From an uncultured Gemmatimonadales bacterium (GTDB lineage Bacteria; Gemmatimonadota; Gemmatimonadetes; Gemmatimonadales; GWC2-71-9): a stretch of 64,000 nt of DNA. The stretch spans positions 2,304,001 through 2,368,000 of the forward strand of contig CAWHFW010000005.1 of the NCBI GenBank assembly GCA_963828735.1. Reading direction: 5' to 3'. Both the position numbers and the translations under genes were made by a program. Below are positions 58,724 through 64,000 of this stretch, in pieces. The notes below the pieces were generated by a model, which did no database searches, was not told the origin of the DNA, and was given only the letters and a program-made list of their open reading frames with translations. How positions within the stretch are numbered: the stretch's first letter is position 1; each line of letters starts with the position of its first letter.

Positions 58724-61459
58724 TCACGACGTCGGCACGGCGTTTCCGTCGGCGTCGACCAGATGGATCTCGCCGAGATTGAGCTCCCGCAGCGCGGGCT
58801 CGATGCGCGCCCGATCGCCAACGACCACCCAGACGAGGTGGTCGGGCTGCACGACCTCGGCCGCGGCGGCCGTGACCGTCGCCGGCGTCTGCGCGCGCAC
58901 CCGGTCCGCGTAGGTGTCGAAGTAGCGGTCATCCAGTCCGTACGCCACGATCTCCCCGATCGAGCCCGCCACGGCACCCATCGTTTCCCACGATCCCGGC
59001 AGCGTCAGCGTGAGCGAGGCCTGGGCCCGCTGCAGCTCTTCGGGCTGGACCGGGCGCTCGCCCAGGATCCCGCGGAGCTCCTTCTGCAGCTCGACGATGG
59101 CGTCCTTGGTCTTGTCCGTCTGCACCGGCGCGTAGGCGATGAACGGCCGCGGTCCCCGCGCGTCGCGGATGAAGCTGAAGGCGCCGTAGGACCAGTGCTT
59201 GTCCTCGCGCAGGTTCATGTTGATCCGCGAGCCGAAATCGCTGCCGAGCACCGCGCCCATGGTCTCGATCGCGGCTTCGTTGGGATTCGCCTTGGGCGGC
59301 GCGATGTCGCCGGCGATGAGCACCGTCTGAATCGCGCCCGGACGGTCGAGAAGGTACACCGAGGTGGTCGGGCGCGGGGGTACGGCCGCGATGTTCTTCT
59401 GCGGGACGTCGCCCGGACGCCAGCCGGCGAAGAGTCGCTCGAGGCGGGGGCGGATCTCGGCCATCGAGGTGGCGCCGACGACGATGAGCGTGGCATGGTT
59501 GGGCTTGAACCAGGTCTGGTGGAACTTGACCAGGTCGGCCCGCGTGATCTTGGCCGTCGAGGCCTCCGTACCGGATCCGGTCCACGGGATCGCGTACGCG
59601 TGGCCTTCGCCGTAGGCGACGCGGGGGAAGACCCGGATAGCCATGCCGACGGGGTCGGCCTTTTCCCGCTGGATCTGAACCAGCCGTTGTTTCCGGAGCC
59701 GCTCGACGTCCGCCGTCCGGAACGCCGGATGCAGCACCACGTCCGCGAACAGCTCGAGCGATGGCTCCAGCTGCGCGGTGAGCGCCTCCAGCGACACCGT
59801 GGACACATCGAGGCGCGAGCTGGTGCCGAGCGTGGCGCCCAGATCCGCGAGGCGATCGCTGATCTGGAGCGCGGACCGCGTCGTCGTTCCCTCGTCGAGC
59901 ATGCTCATCGCCAGGCTCGCCGTCCCGGGCTCGGCGAACTGGTCCGAGGCGAAGCCGGCATCGAGCAGCAGGTCGAACTGCACCTGGGGGATCGACGGCC
60001 GCCGGGCCAGGACGATCTTGAGCCCGTTCGAGAGCGTCGCGCGTTCGAGCTCGGGGAATTCGGCCTTCGGCGGCGCGCCGGGCTCCGGCAGCTTCGAGCG
60101 GTCCACGCCGGTCGCGGCCGTCGCGTACTCCGGGAAGGGCTGAACCTCGAGCGTATAGTCTCCGTCGCTCAGCCAGCGCGCGGCGGCCCCGCGCACCTGC
60201 GCGGCGGTCGCTCCCGCGATCCGGGACAGCTGGACCTTGTAATAGTCGGGCCGGCCCGCGAAGACCTGACCCTTGGCGAGCACATCCGATTTGCCGCCGA
60301 AGCCGCCGATCCGTTCGACGCCCCGGATGAAGTCGGCGCGCACGAGCGTCTTGGCCCGGGCGAGCTCGACGGCGGTGGGTCCGGACGCGAGGAAGCGAGC
60401 CAGCTCCTCCTTCACCGCGCGCTCCACCTTGGCCGGGTCCCCGCCGGGTCGGACCCCGGCCTCCACCGAGAAGAGCCCGCTGATCTCGCGCAGCGCGAGG
60501 GAAGCGTCCACATCGCTCGCGATCTGCTCGTCGAACACGAGCCGCTTGTAGAGCCTGGACGACTTGCCGGTGCTGAGCACGGACGCGGCCAGCGTGAGAT
60601 AGTCGGCGTCCACCGAGCCCCACTCGGGCACGTTCCATACCTTGTACAGCCGCGTTTGCGGCACGCGATCCTGCATGACCCCGCGCTGGCTTCCCGTCCG
60701 CTTGGCGATCCACTCGCCCTGGCGCGCGACCGGCGGTCCCGACGGAATGTCGCCGAAATACTTCTCGACCTTCTCCTTGGCGGTCTTGGCGTCCACGTCA
60801 CCCGCCAGGACGAGCACGGCGTTGGACGGGCCGTAGTAGGTCTGGAACCAGCCCTTCACGTCGTCGAGCTTGGCCGCGTCCAGATCCTCCATGGAGCCGA
60901 TCACCGTCCAGGAGTACGGGTGGTTGGCGGGATAGAGCCGGGGCGTGAGGAAATCCCACACCTTGCCGTACGGCTCGTTCTCGTTCTGCCGCTTCTCGTT
61001 CTGGACCACCCCGCGCTGCTCGTCGAGCTTGGCCTGGCTGATCGCACCGACCAGGTGTCCCATGCGGTCCGACTCGAGCCACAGCGCCAGGTCGAGCGCG
61101 GAGGTCGGGACATTGACGAAGTAGTTGGTACGATCCTCGTTCGTCGTGCCGTTCAGCTCGGTGGCGCCGACGCGCTCGAGCGGAGCCTGGAACTCCTTGT
61201 CGTAGTGCTCGCTGCCGTTGAACATCAGGTGCTCGAAGAGGTGGGCGAACCCGGTGCGGCCCGGGCGCTCGTTCTTCGAGCCGACATGGTACCAGACGTT
61301 CACCGCGACGATCGGCGCCTTGTGGTCCTCATGGACGAGCAACGTGAGCCCATTGGGCAGAACGAAGCGCTCGTAGGGGATGTCGACGGGGGACTGCGCG
61401 GCGAGCGGAACGGCGGCGGCGGACACGACGAGTGCGGCGCGAATGGCACGGGCGAGCAC
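58724..61459 (-). CDS. M16 (pitrilysin) family zinc peptidase, secreted
   Basis: HLFEHLMF motif; second inactive half ending NLREDKHWSYG. Confidence 0.93.
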   Translation of the reverse strand: MLARAIRAALVVSAAAVPLAAQSPVDIPYERFVLPNGLTLLVHEDHKAPIVAVNVWYHVGSKNERPGRTGFAHLFEHLMFNGSEHYDKEFQAPLERVGATELNGTTNEDRTNYFVNVPTSALDLALWLESDRMGHLVGAISQAKLDEQRGVVQNEKRQNENEPYGKVWDFLTPRLYPANHPYSWTVIGSMEDLDAAKLDDVKGWFQTYYGPSNAVLVLAGDVDAKTAKEKVEKYFGDIPSGPPVARQGEWIAKRTGSQRGVMQDRVPQTRLYKVWNVPEWGSVDADYLTLAASVLSTGKSSRLYKRLVFDEQIASDVDASLALREISGLFSVEAGVRPGGDPAKVERAVKEELARFLASGPTAVELARAKTLVRADFIRGVERIGGFGGKSDVLAKGQVFAGRPDYYKVQLSRIAGATAAQVRGAAARWLSDGDYTLEVQPFPEYATAATGVDRSKLPEPGAPPKAEFPELERATLSNGLKIVLARRPSIPQVQFDLLLDAGFASDQFAEPGTASLAMSMLDEGTTTRSALQISDRLADLGATLGTSSRLDVSTVSLEALTAQLEPSLELFADVVLHPAFRTADVERLRKQRLVQIQREKADPVGMAIRVFPRVAYGEGHAYAIPWTGSGTEASTAKITRADLVKFHQTWFKPNHATLIVVGATSMAEIRPRLERLFAGWRPGDVPQKNIAAVPPRPTTSVYLLDRPGAIQTVLIAGDIAPPKANPNEAAIETMGAVLGSDFGSRINMNLREDKHWSYGAFSFIRDARGPRPFIAYAPVQTDKTKDAIVELQKELRGILGERPVQPEELQRAQASLTLTLPGSWETMGAVAGSIGEIVAYGLDDRYFDTYADRVRAQTPATVTAAAAEVVQPDHLVWVVVGDRARIEPALRELNLGEIHLVDADGNAVPTS

Positions 61460-61540
61460 GGAAGCCTCGAAGCATGGCGTGGGACCGAGCCGATGACGGA
61501 CGTGGGGGCCCGCTCGCTCGGACGGAAAGCGGAGCCGATA

Positions 61541-62017
61541 CTAGGACGGAGCGAGGGCCCGAATGGTGTCGCCGCCCGCGGCGGCGCGGTTGAGCTCGAG
61601 CCAATACCGGCCCGTCGCCCGCAAGGCCTCCGCGAACTCGCGGAATTCGATCGGCTTCCGGATGCAGCTGTTGGCCCCCGCCTGGTAGCACTGCGCCACC
61701 TCGCGCGGCTCCGCCGAGGACGTGAGGACGACGACGGGCACGGTAGCGGTGCGCGGACTCGCGCGGAGGGTCCGCAGGATCTCGACGCCGTCGAGCCGGG
61801 GGAGGCGAAGCTCCAGCAGCACGAGACGGGGGAGCGCACCGCCCAGGCGCTGACGATACCCTCCGCGGCCGAGCAGCCAGTCGAGCGCCTCTTCCCCGTC
61901 GCGGGCCACGCCGACCAGCCCCGGCGGGAGCAGCTCCCGCATGGTGCGGAGCACGAGCTCAGCCTCGAGGGGATCGTGCTCGATCAGCAGCAGGTCCAGC
62001 CGGTCGGGCAAGGTCAC
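61541..62017 (-). CDS. Single-domain receiver (Rcp1 type) with Asp-to-Glu substitution
   Basis: IEHD...LLELRLPRLDG...LTSS...GANSCIRKP...YWL. Confidence 0.85.
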   Translation of the reverse strand: MTLPDRLDLLLIEHDPLEAELVLRTMRELLPPGLVGVARDGEEALDWLLGRGGYRQRLGGALPRLVLLELRLPRLDGVEILRTLRASPRTATVPVVVLTSSAEPREVAQCYQAGANSCIRKPIEFREFAEALRATGRYWLELNRAAAGGDTIRALAPS

Positions 62018-64000
62018 GCGGGCGGCGCGCCCAGCGTCAGGTAGAACGTGGCGCCGGTCTCACCACTCGACTCCGCCCACACGCGGCCGCCGTGCTTCTG
62101 GGCCACTCGCTGGACCAGCGCGAGCCCCGCGCCGTTGCCCTCGAACTCGTCGGGTCGGTGGAGCCGCTGGAAGACGCCGAACAACTTTCCAGCGTAGGCC
62201 ATCTTAAACCCGACGCCGTTGTCCTGTACGGCGATGCCGGCCTGTCCCTCGTGCTCGATCGGGCGGATGGTGATCACCGTCCGGTCGCGCGGGCGGGTGA
62301 ACTTGAGGGCATTCGACAGCAGGCTCTGCAGCGCGAGCGACACGAGCGCGGGATCGCAGTCCACCGTCGGTAGCGACTGCACCCGCCACTCGACCTCACG
62401 CCCTTCCGCTTGCGGCTGCAGCCGGCTCAGGACGTCCTCCGCCAACGAGGTCAGGTCGACGGGGCGCCGCATCACGTCCTGCCGGGCCACCCGTGCCAGG
62501 CTTACGAGGTCGTCCACCATGCCGGCCATGCGGCCGGCACCATCACGAATCCGGCGGGCATAGTGCTGGACGGCGGGATCGAGCGCGGGGCCGGCGTCGT
62601 CGAGCAGCAGCTGGGTGAAGCCGCAGATGTGCCGGAGCGGCTCGCGGAGATCGTGGGATACCGCGTACACCATCGTCTCGAGCTCGGCGCTGACCGCACG
62701 GAGCGCGGCGCCCCGCTCGGCCACGCGCCGTTCGAGCTCGCTGGTCTGCCGCCCGAGCTCGTCGCGGAGCCGCGCCTGCTGGATCGCGATGGCGAGCGGT
62801 GCCGCGACCTCGACGGCGATGTCGCGATGCTCCGCGGTGAAGCCCCGCGCGGTGTTCGAGGCCAGGTTCACTTCGCCGATGGCCTCGCCGTCCACCAGGA
62901 GCGGGACGCTGAGAACGCTGCGCATGCCCTCCCCGCGCAGCTCCTGAAGGAGCGCGGCTGGGGATTCGACCGCGGCCAGGTCGTCGATGATGCGCACCGC
63001 GCCGCGCCGCAGCACGTCGCCGGGCGAGAGCCGCTCCAGGGGAATCGACCCGGGGGCGAGCGGCGCGCCGGCGGAGTACCCCGCGATGAGCTGCGCGTGG
63101 CCGCGCGGGAAATCGAACAGCACCACGCTGCAGCGGTGGCACGGGACCATCCGCCGCATGCGGCCGAGCGCCGCGCGCCCGATCTCGGCCGGCGAGCGCG
63201 CGGCCAGGATCGACTGGTCGAGGTCGTGCAGCACCGTGAGCCGCTCGGCCGAGCGCCGGAGCCGCTCCTCGGTGCGCTTCCGCTCGGTGATGTCGGTGAC
63301 CATGCCGACCATGCCGATCGGGGCGCCGTCGCGCGCGGTGATCGGGCTCGCGGAGACGAGGCCCCAGAGCTCGGCGCCGTCCTGGCGGCGGAAACGGAGG
63401 TCGAGGGTCTCTCCGCTCGCGCTCGGCCGCCCCAGGGCCCGCTGCGCTCCGGCGCGGGCCGTGGCGTCGAGGAAGTCGTAGACCGGGCGGCCGAGCAGGG
63501 CGCCGTTCTGATAGCCCAGCAGGTCGCCCATGCGCTGGTTCACATACGTGATGATGCCCTCCTCGTCGGCGACCCAGATGCCCTCCTGGGCCACATCCAC
63601 GACCTGCTTGAACCGCTGCTCGCTCTCCTGGAGCGCGCGGGTCCGGTCCTCGAGCCGGGTCTGGCGCGCCTCGAACGCGGCCGCGTGCTCGAGCGAGGCG
63701 CCGACCAGTCCGCCGAGCAGGAGCAGCGCCTTGGCGTCGCGGTCGCTGAACGCCGCCGGCCTGGGCGAAAGAACCTTGAGGACGCCGAGGATCCGCTGGT
63801 CGTCGCGCAGGGGGATCGAGAGCATGGAGCGGATACCCTGCGGGTGGTACACCTGGTGCCCGATGCGCGGGTCGGTCAAAATGTCGTCGGATCGCTGCAG
63901 GTCGCCGGTTCGCACCGCGGCGCCGGAAAGGCTATCGGCCACGCTGAGCCTCGGGCTCTCGACCCCGACCTGGAGCACGGGTGCGAGCTCGTCGCCCTCG
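62014..64000 (-). CDS. Sensor histidine kinase GAF-PAS-GAF-HisKA-HATPase, 5'-truncated by window edge
   Basis: SHDLREPLR, NALKF, DNGVGF, FQRLH motifs. Confidence 0.92.
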   Translation of the reverse strand, partial: EGDELAPVLQVGVESPRLSVADSLSGAAVRTGDLQRSDDILTDPRIGHQVYHPQGIRSMLSIPLRDDQRILGVLKVLSPRPAAFSDRDAKALLLLGGLVGASLEHAAAFEARQTRLEDRTRALQESEQRFKQVVDVAQEGIWVADEEGIITYVNQRMGDLLGYQNGALLGRPVYDFLDATARAGAQRALGRPSASGETLDLRFRRQDGAELWGLVSASPITARDGAPIGMVGMVTDITERKRTEERLRRSAERLTVLHDLDQSILAARSPAEIGRAALGRMRRMVPCHRCSVVLFDFPRGHAQLIAGYSAGAPLAPGSIPLERLSPGDVLRRGAVRIIDDLAAVESPAALLQELRGEGMRSVLSVPLLVDGEAIGEVNLASNTARGFTAEHRDIAVEVAAPLAIAIQQARLRDELGRQTSELERRVAERGAALRAVSAELETMVYAVSHDLREPLRHICGFTQLLLDDAGPALDPAVQHYARRIRDGAGRMAGMVDDLVSLARVARQDVMRRPVDLTSLAEDVLSRLQPQAEGREVEWRVQSLPTVDCDPALVSLALQSLLSNALKFTRPRDRTVITIRPIEHEGQAGIAVQDNGVGFKMAYAGKLFGVFQRLHRPDEFEGNGAGLALVQRVAQKHGGRVWAESSGETGATFYLTLGAPPA

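Noticed and set aside
58703..62044. Very long antisense ORFs (1113 aa here; also 5198..7669, 31193..33313, 51769..53643)
   Set aside because: Shadow frames of real high-GC genes; no recognisable domains.
1..64000. CRISPR arrays, tRNA, rRNA
   Set aside because: No regularly spaced repeats or RNA gene signatures were seen by eye.

Overview
High-GC bacterial chromosomal segment, nearly fully coding. The gene content is consistent with a Gemmatimonadota-type genome (inference). No rRNA, tRNA, CRISPR array, integrase or transposase was recognised. Main blocks: a DUF72/PQQ-dehydrogenase/CDF cluster; an error-prone dnaE2 preceded by a decayed duplicate of its own 5' end and promoter, the two copies flanking a flavoprotein gene; a patchwork accessory region (GGDEF, YciI/DGPF, tag, CGNR regulator, internally deleted VOC gene); a kdp operon with two kdpB paralogues; a Zn-ribbon microprotein/radical SAM/imuB operon; a complete RsbRST stressosome wired to histidine kinases; a CLC channel; greA-groES; a caa3 oxidase operon; fatty-acid genes; ybbAP-tesA; and a two-component pair with a pseudo-receiver. 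The strongest signal is a DNA-damage regulon. One direct-repeat operator (coding strand CCGAAC-N5-CCGAA, i.e. GAAC-N7-GAAN) lies at an identical 45-bp offset from a TTGA -35 box upstream of dnaE2, of tag and of the Zn-ribbon/radical SAM/imuB operon. It defines a split mutasome with no imuA in the window, led by an unannotated 51-aa NrdJ-type zinc-ribbon protein. Three single-base frameshifts are probably sequencing errors.
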